Positions 1 to 9,309 of a stretch of 64,000 nt of DNA are shown piece by piece; the first letter of the stretch is position 1, and each line of letters begins with the position of its first letter. Made by a program: the position numbers and the translations under genes. Location of the stretch: positions 119,214-183,213 of the forward strand of contig JAFTRA010000042.1 of assembly GCA_017462485.1 (NCBI GenBank), read 5' to 3'. The notes under the pieces were generated by a model, which did no database searches, was not told the origin of the DNA, and saw only the letters and a list, made by a program, of their open reading frames with translations. This stretch comes from Clostridia bacterium. Its GTDB lineage: Bacteria; Bacillota; Clostridia; Oscillospirales; CAG-272.

Positions 1-846
1 AAAGAAATCAAGCCCGACGTTGTTCTCTCAATGCCGGAGGAAATAGGTATATATGTTATTGGGGCTCTCTTGGGTACAAAGTATCCAGTGGTCGTTTCGG
101 AGAGAAACAATCCTTGGGTTATGCCCGATAAAAAGGCCACAAGGATATTGAGGAAACTCTTATATCCATTCGCTGACGGATTTATTTTCCAAACTAAGCA
201 GGCGGCTTCATTTTTCTCAAAAAAAATCCAGAAAAAAGGCATAGTTCTCCCCAATCCCTTGGATTTATCCAGAATTCCAGAACGTTATGAGGGTGAGCGT
301 GAGAAAACAATCGTTGGCGCAGGCAGACTTTTCCCACAAAAAAATTTCAAGCTTCTTATAGATGCTTTTGCAAAGTTTTATGAAACTCATACGAGCTATA
401 AGCTTGTTATTTACGGAGAGGGATATTTGCGAGAAGAACTTATAAACCACGCAGCATCCAAACTCCCCGAAGCAGCATTTTCTTTCCCCGGTCAAGTGGA
501 TAATTTGCCGGATAAAATAAATAAGGCTTCAGCGTTTGTTTTGAGCTCGGACTTTGAGGGAATGCCTAACGTTCTTATAGAAGCTCTTGCTATGGGTGTT
601 CCCTCTGTTTCGGTTGACTGCGCACCCGGTGGCGCCGCCGAACTAATTGAGGACGGTGTAAACGGTTATCTTGTCCCGATAGGAGACAAAGATGCCTTGA
701 GCGAAAGGCTTTCTTATTTGATTGATAATAAGACTATTGCTGAAAGCTTTTCAAAAAAATCAATTGAAATTAAGCAAAAACTTGATGCACATATAGTATG
801 CAAAGAGTGGTGCGAATACATTATAAAAAAACAGAGGAACTCATGA
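1..846 (+). CDS. glycosyltransferase family 4 (GT-B fold), 5' end cut by window edge
   Basis: Frame is open from base 1. C-terminal GT1/GT4 signature FEGMPNVLIEALAMGVPSVSVDCAPGGAAELIEDGVNGYLVP. First gene of a polysaccharide locus. Confidence 0.85.
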   Translation, partial: KEIKPDVVLSMPEEIGIYVIGALLGTKYPVVVSERNNPWVMPDKKATRILRKLLYPFADGFIFQTKQAASFFSKKIQKKGIVLPNPLDLSRIPERYEGEREKTIVGAGRLFPQKNFKLLIDAFAKFYETHTSYKLVIYGEGYLREELINHAASKLPEAAFSFPGQVDNLPDKINKASAFVLSSDFEGMPNVLIEALAMGVPSVSVDCAPGGAAELIEDGVNGYLVPIGDKDALSERLSYLIDNKTIAESFSKKSIEIKQKLDAHIVCKEWCEYIIKKQRNS

Positions 847-2042
847 AGTTATCAAAACGCCCTTTTCTTGACCTGGCTTTAGATTTTTCTTTTGCCTTTT
901 GGTTTGTTGCTGAAAATATATTTTTGCACAGCATAGTAGCGGTATTTGCGTTAGTTCTTTTTATGGGACTTACAATAGTTAAATTTGTTTCACTAGGCGT
1001 TATAAAGCTCAAAATACCCGCGATATTTGTGCTGTATGGTATATTTGTTCTAGTATGCTATATGAATATATGGCTTGGATATTCGATAAAGGAATCTCTT
1101 TCTCTTGAGCTAGGAACTACTTTAATCAGAAATTTCGCCTTTCTTGTACTGGCATATTTCTACGTTACTATTACAGACATTGAACGGCTTAAGAAGATTT
1201 TTGTTTTCGCAACTACCGCAGGAAGCATTTTTGCAATGTTTATGACACTTCTTACAACAGGAAGCTTTATGCTTCGAGGAGATGATAGCATATTCAATGC
1301 CAATACTCTGGCTATCAGTGCTGCCGTTGCTATTTGCTTTATCGTATGCTCGAAAGAAAAATGGGCAACGCCTTACAATATTTTTTGCATTACCGTACTG
1401 TCATTGTTATGTATTTTCTCGGGAACAAGAAAAGCTTTAATTGCCGCTGTTATAACTATCGTTGTTTATTTCGTATTAAAAAATCCTCAAAAGCTACTTA
1501 AGAACACAATATTTATATTGGTTTTCGCTGTTGCCGTTTACTTTGCGTTGTTAAAAATTCCGTTTTTATATGAGATGCTCGGTAACAGAGTAGAATCAAT
1601 GTTTGCTCTTCTTATGGGGGAGTCCGGCGATAAATCTGCAGAATCGAGAGCAGATTTTATAAAGCTTGGACTTGAACATTTTCCAAACAGCCCTTGGCTC
1701 GGGCATGGAATCAACTGCTTCCAAACATTAAGAGGCGCGTTCGATACTTATTCTCATTGCAATTACATTGAATTGCTTTTTAGCGTTGGAATATTGGGAA
1801 CATTGGCTTACTACTCAATGTATCTATTCGTCTTACTTTATGCTTTAGGCAAATATTTTAAAAATAGAAGTGATAATGTAGTCCTCTCTATAGGAGTCAT
1901 TATATCGCTATTCTTCATTGATTTTGCCTTGGTTTCATACTATGAAAGAACGAATTTAATACTCGTTATAATATGTCTTGCCTTGATAACTGGAGAAAAG
2001 AAACATGCTCAAAAAAGTCTTAAAACTAATCGAAAATCCTAA
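843..2042 (+). CDS. O-antigen polymerase/ligase-like (Wzy-type) polytopic membrane protein
   Basis: ATG at 843 overlaps the upstream stop (ATGA) and follows AGAGGAA. About 10 hydrophobic helices plus a large late loop (SAESRADFIKLGLEHFPNSPWLGHGINCF), typical of the Wzy/O-antigen ligase family. Confidence 0.7.
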   Translation: MKLSKRPFLDLALDFSFAFWFVAENIFLHSIVAVFALVLFMGLTIVKFVSLGVIKLKIPAIFVLYGIFVLVCYMNIWLGYSIKESLSLELGTTLIRNFAFLVLAYFYVTITDIERLKKIFVFATTAGSIFAMFMTLLTTGSFMLRGDDSIFNANTLAISAAVAICFIVCSKEKWATPYNIFCITVLSLLCIFSGTRKALIAAVITIVVYFVLKNPQKLLKNTIFILVFAVAVYFALLKIPFLYEMLGNRVESMFALLMGESGDKSAESRADFIKLGLEHFPNSPWLGHGINCFQTLRGAFDTYSHCNYIELLFSVGILGTLAYYSMYLFVLLYALGKYFKNRSDNVVLSIGVIISLFFIDFALVSYYERTNLILVIICLALITGEKKHAQKSLKTNRKS

Positions 2043-2916
2043 CAAATTATTTGTTCATTTGGCGTACAAGGGATATTTTTCTACTATGGATGATGAAAAA
2101 TACCTAAAAAAAATGTACAAAGGTATTATGGGTAAAAAGCTTGATTTAGAAAATCCAAAAACATTTAACGAAAAGCTTCAATGGTTGAAGCTTCATGACA
2201 GAAACCCCGAATATACAAAACTCGTTGATAAATACGCAGTAAGAGAATATATTGCATCAACGATAGGCGAGGAATATCTCATTCCCCTTCTCGGTGTCTG
2301 GGATTCTGCCGACGATATTGATTTTGACGCTTTACCAAATCAATTTGTTTTAAAATGCAACCACAATTCCGGTTTAGGAATGTGCATTTGCAAAGACAAA
2401 TCGACTCTTGATATAGAAAAAACGCGGAATGAACTACGAAAAGGTCTAGCTCAAGATTATTATTTAACTAATCGCGAATGGCCCTACAAAAATGTCAAAA
2501 GAAAAATCATAGCTGAAAAATACATGGTAGATGAATCTGGAGTAGAGCTTAAAGACTATAAAATATTTTGTTTCAACGGACACGCAGAATACGTTGAAGT
2601 TGATTTTAACAGACACATAGAACATCAGTTAAATCCATATGATTTTGATTGGAATCCATTAAATTTTTGTGATACATCAAAAAATAATTATAGCGCAAAT
2701 ATCACCAAACCTACCAAACTAAAAGATATGCGTATAATAGCCGAAAAATTATCAAAAGCGGCAACTTTTATGCGAGTGGATTTTTACAGTATAAATGATG
2801 ACATCTACGTTGGAGAACTAACTCTTTTTCCAGGTGCAGGATTTATCCAATTTGAACCTCGTTCAGTGGATTTAAAATATGGACAGTTACTAGATTTACA
2901 TAAGGAGCAACAATGA
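2005..2916 (+). CDS. TupA-like ATP-grasp protein
   Basis: N-terminal block GKKLDLENPKTFNEKLQWLKLHDRNPEYTKLVDKYAVREYI and C-terminal MRVDFY...GELTLFPGAG are characteristic of the TupA-like ATP-grasp family found in teichuronopeptide and capsule loci. Confidence 0.8.
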   Translation: MLKKVLKLIENPNKLFVHLAYKGYFSTMDDEKYLKKMYKGIMGKKLDLENPKTFNEKLQWLKLHDRNPEYTKLVDKYAVREYIASTIGEEYLIPLLGVWDSADDIDFDALPNQFVLKCNHNSGLGMCICKDKSTLDIEKTRNELRKGLAQDYYLTNREWPYKNVKRKIIAEKYMVDESGVELKDYKIFCFNGHAEYVEVDFNRHIEHQLNPYDFDWNPLNFCDTSKNNYSANITKPTKLKDMRIIAEKLSKAATFMRVDFYSINDDIYVGELTLFPGAGFIQFEPRSVDLKYGQLLDLHKEQQ

Positions 2917-4082
2917 AAATTTCAAAAAGAGCAAATGCCATACACCCCTCATTAGCAAGAGATTTATTCAACAAAGCTAAAGAATATAATGATGTAATCG
3001 ATTTAACCTTGGGCGATCCAGATTTTGATACCCCCACGCCCTTAAAGAATGCAGCTTGCAAAGCTATTAATGAAAATCTTACACACTACTCTTGCAATGC
3101 AGGGCTTTTAGAAGCACGAATTGCTGTTTCTAAAAATATAAAAAAATATTGGAAAATAGATGCTGATCCTACAAATGAAGTCATGTTAACCGTCGGAGGA
3201 ATGGAGGCATTATATCTTGCTCTTTTTTCACTTATTGATTCCGGAGATGAAGTAATTGTTTTTGCACCATACTATGTAAACTATGTACAAATGATAAGAA
3301 GCTGCGATGGTATCCCTGTAATAATAGATGCATATTCGGAAAATTACGGTTTTCAATTAAATGAAAGAAAATTGCGGGAAGCAATTACAAACAAAACAGT
3401 TGCTATCGTTCTTAATTCTCCCTGCAATCCCACAGGGGCGATTATTTCTAAAGAAGATCTTCATACCATTGCAAAAATCGCAGACGAAAAAGAATTAGTC
3501 ATTATTTCGGATGAAGTTTACCACACTTTAATTTTCGATAATGAAAAACACGAAAGCGTTTTAACCTTCCCTGAAGCAAAAAACAGAACCGTTTTGATTG
3601 ATAGTATGTCAAAAGAATTTTGTATGACCGGTTGGAGAATAGGATATGCTTACGCACCATCTGTATTAATACAAAGTATGGTAAAAGTTCAAGAAAACAT
3701 TGCCGCTTGCGCCCCCCTACCATCTCAATATGCTTTAATTGAAGCATATACAAATGATGATATACAAACAAACTTCGCAGAAGATTTCCAAAGCAGGCGA
3801 GATTATTTGTACGACCGTATATCTTCTATAAACGGATTAATATGTAAAAAACCACAATCAACCTTCTACTTATTTATCAACATTTCTTCTACAAATATGT
3901 CATCTTTGGATTTTGCACATAAATTACTAGACACCCAACACGTAGCCGTAGTCCCCGGAATAACATACGGTGACGGATATTCGAATTACATTCGAATTGC
4001 ATTCACTAAGGATATTTCTATATTAAAAATCGCATGTGATAGAATTGAAAAATTTATATCAACTCAAATGAACAATCAATAG
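2913..4082 (+). CDS. class I/II (AspC-like) pyridoxal-phosphate aminotransferase
   Basis: LTLGDPDFDTP, NSPCNPTG, IISDEVY and the PLP-lysine motif SMSKEFCMTGWRIGY. Start overlaps the upstream stop. Confidence 0.85.
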   Translation: MKISKRANAIHPSLARDLFNKAKEYNDVIDLTLGDPDFDTPTPLKNAACKAINENLTHYSCNAGLLEARIAVSKNIKKYWKIDADPTNEVMLTVGGMEALYLALFSLIDSGDEVIVFAPYYVNYVQMIRSCDGIPVIIDAYSENYGFQLNERKLREAITNKTVAIVLNSPCNPTGAIISKEDLHTIAKIADEKELVIISDEVYHTLIFDNEKHESVLTFPEAKNRTVLIDSMSKEFCMTGWRIGYAYAPSVLIQSMVKVQENIAACAPLPSQYALIEAYTNDDIQTNFAEDFQSRRDYLYDRISSINGLICKKPQSTFYLFINISSTNMSSLDFAHKLLDTQHVAVVPGITYGDGYSNYIRIAFTKDISILKIACDRIEKFISTQMNNQ

Positions 4083-4125
4083 GGTTAAACTTTAAAAAAC
4101 TGCAATATAAACTTGAGGTAATAAA

Positions 4126-5604
4126 TTGTCAACAGAACTTAACAAAAAATCAACCAACGCGTTAGCTTGGTCAAGCTTTGCCGAAATAATGGCAAAACTT
4201 GTAACTCCAATAGTAAATATAATACTAGCACGTTTATTAACACCTGATGCATTTGGGGCAGTTGCTACCATAACTATGGTTATAACCTTTGCCGAAGTTT
4301 TCACGGATGCTGGATTTCAAAAATATATTGTACAGCACAAATTTAAAAACAACGAAGAACTTAATAATGGTACGAACGTAGCTTTTCTTACAAATTTAAC
4401 GCTCTCCGCGTTGATAGTTATTATCATTGTAATATTCAGACATCAATTAGCAAAGCTTGTTGGAAGTGATAGCTTAGGAAACGCAATTGCGGTAGCTTCT
4501 CTTTCTATTATTCTTGTTGCTTTCTCAAGCATACAAATAGCACGATTCAGAAGAGATTTAGATTTCAAATCATTATTCTTCGTTAGAATAGGAGCTGCTA
4601 TCATACCTCTCATAGTTACCGTTCCTCTCGCATTTATTCTTCGTAATTTCTGGGCATTAGTGATTGGAACTCTATCAGTAAATCTCTTTAATGCTGTTAC
4701 ACTCACGATAAAATCGGATTGGAAACCTAAGTTCTTTTACAAATTTTCAATTTTTAAAGAAATGTTTTCATTTAGCGCTTGGACGCTATTAGAAAGCATT
4801 TCGATTTGGTTAACAGTAAACATTGATATTTTTATAATTGGTAATAAACTTAGTGATTATCACCTTGGAATTTACAAAACCTCCATACAAACAGTAAATT
4901 CTTCAATCGGTATGATTTCCGCTGCTATATTACCTGTTCTTTTTTCAACTTTATCAAAGTGTCAAAATGATTGTGTCGAATTGAAAAATACTTATTTAAA
5001 ATTTCAAAAATACACTTCTCTACTTTTAATTCCATTAGGTTTTGGGTTATTTCTTTACAACGATCTTGTAACGTACATATTGCTAGGTAAACAATGGAAC
5101 GAAGCTGCTCAATTTATTGGAGTGTTCGGTCTCGTTTATGCATTTTTAGTCCTGTTTTCTTATTTTGCAAGCGAGCTCTATAGAAGCACCGGTAATCCAA
5201 AGTTATCCATTATTATTCAATTAATACACATTGCAATTTTAATCATCTCTATTGAAATCGCTGTTTCTTATAGTTTTTCTCTTTTATGCATAGCGCGTGC
5301 AATTACACAAATGTGTTCTATCCTGGCACACATAATATTTGTTAGATTTTTGTATAAAATTCCAATGATAAAGAGCTTGCTTAACATTATGCCTGCATTA
5401 ACTTGTTCAATAATTATGCTCATTAGCGGAATTATTCTACGTCAAGTCTCATCATCTATTTGGTGGCAATTTGTCGTAATTCTAATATGTGTGATTATTT
5501 ATATATTCTCATTATTTCTTTTGTTCAGAAAAACAAAAAACGAACTTCTACAAACAGATATTGCACAAAAACTGTTTCATATTCTACCGAGATATAAACG
5601 TTGA
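4126..5604 (+). CDS. Wzx-type polysaccharide flippase (MOP superfamily)
   Basis: TTG start. 492 aa with about 12-14 TM helices. N-terminus AWSSFAEIMAKLVTPIVNIILARLLTPDAFG is typical of polysaccharide biosynthesis (Wzx) proteins. Confidence 0.8.
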   Translation: MSTELNKKSTNALAWSSFAEIMAKLVTPIVNIILARLLTPDAFGAVATITMVITFAEVFTDAGFQKYIVQHKFKNNEELNNGTNVAFLTNLTLSALIVIIIVIFRHQLAKLVGSDSLGNAIAVASLSIILVAFSSIQIARFRRDLDFKSLFFVRIGAAIIPLIVTVPLAFILRNFWALVIGTLSVNLFNAVTLTIKSDWKPKFFYKFSIFKEMFSFSAWTLLESISIWLTVNIDIFIIGNKLSDYHLGIYKTSIQTVNSSIGMISAAILPVLFSTLSKCQNDCVELKNTYLKFQKYTSLLLIPLGFGLFLYNDLVTYILLGKQWNEAAQFIGVFGLVYAFLVLFSYFASELYRSTGNPKLSIIIQLIHIAILIISIEIAVSYSFSLLCIARAITQMCSILAHIIFVRFLYKIPMIKSLLNIMPALTCSIIMLISGIILRQVSSSIWWQFVVILICVIIYIFSLFLLFRKTKNELLQTDIAQKLFHILPRYKR

Positions 5605-5708
5605 AATTCTATTAAATCACAAAAATTTCTAATAGCGGATTTATAAAAATATAATCTATCTATACTTTGCAAAAAAGATAATGAAAAGGGAGCAAGCATA
5701 TTGACATC

Positions 5709-6251
5709 ATGACGGATTTATTTAAATCGGATTTGTTTAGATATTACGGAAGCAAAAAAGAAACTTTAAAGCAAAAGCTTTTCAGACCTAAAGAACTGAA
5801 ATACATTTTACTTTATAGAAAATGCAGAAATACAAAGAACAAATTTCTAAAAATATACTATGTATATAAATTACGTATGCTACAACAAAAAGCAGGTGTA
5901 CAAATTCCTTATAAAACCGAAATCGGTAAAGGTTTTTATATAGGACATGCAAATAATATCGTGATAAATCCGAATGCAAAAATAGGCAATAATGTGAACG
6001 TTGCCCAAGGAGTTACGATTGGCCAAGAAAATCGCGGTTCCCGCATGGGATCACCTGTAATCGGTGATAAAGTTTGGATAGGAGCCAATTCTGTTATAGT
6101 TGGAAATATCACCATTGGAGATGACGTTATGATCGCTCCTTTAACATTTGTAAATTTCGACGTACCGAACCATTCGATAGTAATTGGAAATCCTGCTAAA
6201 ATCATTCACAAAGACAATGCGACGGAAGACTATATCAATCGCACTGTCTGA
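5709..6251 (+). CDS. hexapeptide-repeat O-acetyltransferase (CysE/WcaB/LacA-like)
   Basis: Left-handed beta-helix repeats IGKGFYIGHANNIVINPNAKIGNNVNVAQGVTIG ... VIGDKVWIGANSVIVGNITIGDDVMI. Confidence 0.8.
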   Translation: MTDLFKSDLFRYYGSKKETLKQKLFRPKELKYILLYRKCRNTKNKFLKIYYVYKLRMLQQKAGVQIPYKTEIGKGFYIGHANNIVINPNAKIGNNVNVAQGVTIGQENRGSRMGSPVIGDKVWIGANSVIVGNITIGDDVMIAPLTFVNFDVPNHSIVIGNPAKIIHKDNATEDYINRTV

Positions 6252-6288
6252 TTAAATCAAAAAACAATACTTGTATAAAGAGGTTCAA

Positions 6289-7470
6289 ATGTTACTACTC
6301 TGTAACGAAATATTTCAACAAACATATGGTCGTGAGCCCGAAAGCGTGGCGTTCACGCCGTACAGAGTCTGTCCGATAGGGGCGCATAGCGACCATCAGC
6401 TAGGACGGATTACGGGGCTTGCGATAGACAAAGGAATACATATCGCTTATGGGCCGAAGCAGAACGGTATTATTGAGATACAGTCGCTTCAGTTTTCGAA
6501 GCGAGCGCAGTGGCACGTTGCTTCGACTCCAAAGGAGAAGCAAGGCGACTGGGCAGACCATTTGCGCGGAGCAACAATAGCGCTTAATTTGCGTTATCCA
6601 TTGAGAATAGGACTTTGCGCCGTGATTGAGGGCGAGCTGCCTATTGGAGGACTTTCCTCCTCTGCGGCGGTTATAATAACGTTTTTGTCCGCTCTATCGA
6701 AGATTAACGGAATTCAGCTCTCTGAAAGAGAGATGATAGAGCTTTCGCTCGAGGCGGAAAATAAATACGTAGGCGTAGCCTGCGGAAAGCTCGACCAGAG
6801 CTGCGAGATTTATTCGAAGAAAAATCACCTGCTTTACCTCGATACGAAGGACGATAGCTTTGAGCTTATTCCCGCGCAGCCGTTTATGAAGCCATATAAA
6901 ATAGCTATTTTCTTCTCGGGACTTGAGCGTTCGCTCGCAACGTCAAAATTTAATATGCGAGTTGACGAATGCAAGAGCGCCGCTTACGCTCTTATGGCAT
7001 ACGCAGGTATGGAATACGGCAAATTTGCCGATACGTATATGAGAGACGTTCCCTACAAGATATACCTTGACCATAGGGACAAGCTACCTGAAAACTGGCG
7101 CAAGAGAGCCGCGCATTACTTCACCGAGTACGAGCGCACCAAGCGCGGCGCTGAAGCCTGGAGATGCGGAAATATCGAGGAGTTTGGAAGACTTTCATTT
7201 GAGAGCGGTCACTCGTCGATACATAACTGGGAGACGGGCTCTCCCGAGCTTATCAAGCTCTACGATATTATGACAAAGACCGACGGTATTTACGGAGGAA
7301 GATTCTCCGGAGCAGGCTTTAAGGGCTGCTGTATGGCTCTTATTGACCCCGCATATGAGGAGTCTATAATTGAAAACGTACGCCGCGAATATATTAAAGA
7401 ATTCCCGCTTCTTGCCGATAAGTATTCCTCGCATATCTGCGAGAGTGCTGACGGTGTTAAGTTGAATTAA
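6289..7470 (+). CDS. GHMP-family sugar-1-kinase, galactokinase-like (possibly a uronic-acid kinase)
   Basis: ATG at 6289 follows AGAGG; the ORF track starts 18 nt upstream at a TTG. It has the GHMP motif PIGGLSSSAA. The N-terminal sugar motif is YRVCPIGAHSDHQLG rather than the canonical GalK NLIGEHTDY. Confidence 0.75.
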   Translation: MLLLCNEIFQQTYGREPESVAFTPYRVCPIGAHSDHQLGRITGLAIDKGIHIAYGPKQNGIIEIQSLQFSKRAQWHVASTPKEKQGDWADHLRGATIALNLRYPLRIGLCAVIEGELPIGGLSSSAAVIITFLSALSKINGIQLSEREMIELSLEAENKYVGVACGKLDQSCEIYSKKNHLLYLDTKDDSFELIPAQPFMKPYKIAIFFSGLERSLATSKFNMRVDECKSAAYALMAYAGMEYGKFADTYMRDVPYKIYLDHRDKLPENWRKRAAHYFTEYERTKRGAEAWRCGNIEEFGRLSFESGHSSIHNWETGSPELIKLYDIMTKTDGIYGGRFSGAGFKGCCMALIDPAYEESIIENVRREYIKEFPLLADKYSSHICESADGVKLN

Positions 7471-7492
7471 CCACCAAAGGATAAATTAAAAT

Positions 7493-8227
7493 ATGAAATG
7501 CTTGATTTTAGCCGCCGGATATGCGACAAGACTTTATCCCCTCACAGAAAATTTTCCAAAGCCGCTTTTGCCCGTGGGAGACAAAACAATTCTCGACTGG
7601 CTTGTTGACGATATTGATACGGCGAAGGTCGTAGATGAATACGTCGTTATTTCAAACCACAAGTACGCTTCGCATTTTGAGGCGTGGGCGAAAACCAAGA
7701 CGCAAAAAATCACTGTCGTTGACGACGGTACAAGCTCTAATGAGACGAGACTCGGCGCGGTTCGCGACGTAGAATTCGCTATTGAAAAGCTTGGACTTGA
7801 CGACGATATGCTCGTTATAGCGGGTGATAACGTACTGGATTTCAGCCTTACTAAGTTTATACACTACTCTTTAGATAAGGCAACCTCTGCTATTATGCGC
7901 TATTACGAGCCTGACGAAAAGAAGCTCTTGAAATGCGGTGTCGTTACCATTGACGATAACGACCTCGTTACTGCTATGACAGAAAAGTCCCCTACCCCTG
8001 CGACACACTGGTGCTGCCCGCCCTTCTACTATTACACAAGGGAAGACGCGCGCCGTGTTAAAGAGGGTATTGATATGGGCTGCGGAACGGATGCGCCGGG
8101 AAGCTATATTGCGTGGCTTGCCACGGTTTCTGACGTTCACGCTATGGAAATGCCCGGCAAACGCTACGACGTTGGAAATCTCGAGAGCTATGAAAAGGTT
8201 AAGGGGGAGTATCACGGAATATGCTGA
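7493..8227 (+). CDS. sugar-1-phosphate nucleotidylyltransferase
   Basis: N-terminal LILAAGYATRLYPLTENFPKPLLPV (G-x-G-T-R-L type pyrophosphorylase motif). Lies immediately downstream of the kinase. Confidence 0.75.
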   Translation: MKCLILAAGYATRLYPLTENFPKPLLPVGDKTILDWLVDDIDTAKVVDEYVVISNHKYASHFEAWAKTKTQKITVVDDGTSSNETRLGAVRDVEFAIEKLGLDDDMLVIAGDNVLDFSLTKFIHYSLDKATSAIMRYYEPDEKKLLKCGVVTIDDNDLVTAMTEKSPTPATHWCCPPFYYYTREDARRVKEGIDMGCGTDAPGSYIAWLATVSDVHAMEMPGKRYDVGNLESYEKVKGEYHGIC

Positions 8228-9297
8228 CTCCAAACGTTGATTTATCAGGAAAAACCGTTCTCGTCACCGGTGCGGCAGGCTTTATTGGCTCAAACCTGGT
8301 TATGAGACTTTTAAAGACCGCAAAAAATATAAAAATCGTCGGTGTTGACAATATGAACGACTATTACGACGTTTCGATTAAGGAGTACCGACTTAAAAAA
8401 ATAGAAGAGCTTGCGGCTGCCACAGAGGACTCTGAATGGACCTTCGTTAGAGGCAATATTGCTGACAGAGACCTTGTAGAAGCTCTTTTCGCTAAGTACC
8501 GCTTCGCTGTTGCAGTAAACCTTGCAGCTCAAGCCGGCGTACGCTACTCTATTACGAATCCCGACGTTTATATTGAGTCGAACATAATCGGATTTTACAA
8601 TATTCTCGAAGCGTGCAGAAGCTATCCTCCCGAGCATCTCGTCTATGCCTCCTCGTCGTCGGTTTACGGCTCTAACAAGAAGATTCCGTACAGCACAGAC
8701 GACAAGGTTGATAATCCTGTTTCTCTCTATGCCGCAACGAAAAAGAGTAACGAGCTTATGGCTCACGCTTACTCGAAGCTATACAACATTCCCTCGACGG
8801 CGCTCCGCTTCTTTACGGTTTACGGCCCTGCGGGACGTCCCGATATGGCTTATTTCAGCTTCACGAATAAGCTCAGACGTGGAGAAACGATAGATATATT
8901 CAACTACGGTAATTGTAAACGTGACTTTACATTTGTTGACGATATCATTACCGGTGTTGCGCTCGTTATGCAAAATGCTCCCGAGAAAAAATGCGGCGAG
9001 GACGGACTTCCAATACCGCCGTACAGAGTATATAATATAGGAAATAACTCTCCCGAGAGTCTCTCGGATTTTGTTACCACTCTCGGTGAGGAGCTTATAA
9101 GAGCCGGTGTTTTATCAGCCGATTTCAACCTCTCGGAGCATATGAGACTCGTTCCTATGCAGCCCGGTGACGTTCCCGAGACGTATGCTGACACGTCGGC
9201 GCTTGAGGAAGATTTCGGATTTAAGCCCGCAACACCGCTGCGTGACGGCCTTAGGACTTTTGCCGAATGGTACAAGGAATTTTACAAAGAAGATTAA
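8221..9297 (+). CDS. NAD-dependent epimerase, UDP-glucuronate 4-epimerase-like (Cap1J/WbnF type)
   Basis: VTGAAGFIGSNL Rossmann motif, YASSSSVYG, catalytic YAATKKSNE, RFFTVYGPAGRPDMAY. Confidence 0.8.
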   Translation: MLTPNVDLSGKTVLVTGAAGFIGSNLVMRLLKTAKNIKIVGVDNMNDYYDVSIKEYRLKKIEELAAATEDSEWTFVRGNIADRDLVEALFAKYRFAVAVNLAAQAGVRYSITNPDVYIESNIIGFYNILEACRSYPPEHLVYASSSSVYGSNKKIPYSTDDKVDNPVSLYAATKKSNELMAHAYSKLYNIPSTALRFFTVYGPAGRPDMAYFSFTNKLRRGETIDIFNYGNCKRDFTFVDDIITGVALVMQNAPEKKCGEDGLPIPPYRVYNIGNNSPESLSDFVTTLGEELIRAGVLSADFNLSEHMRLVPMQPGDVPETYADTSALEEDFGFKPATPLRDGLRTFAEWYKEFYKED

Positions 9298-9309
9298 AAT
9301 AGAAGCGAG

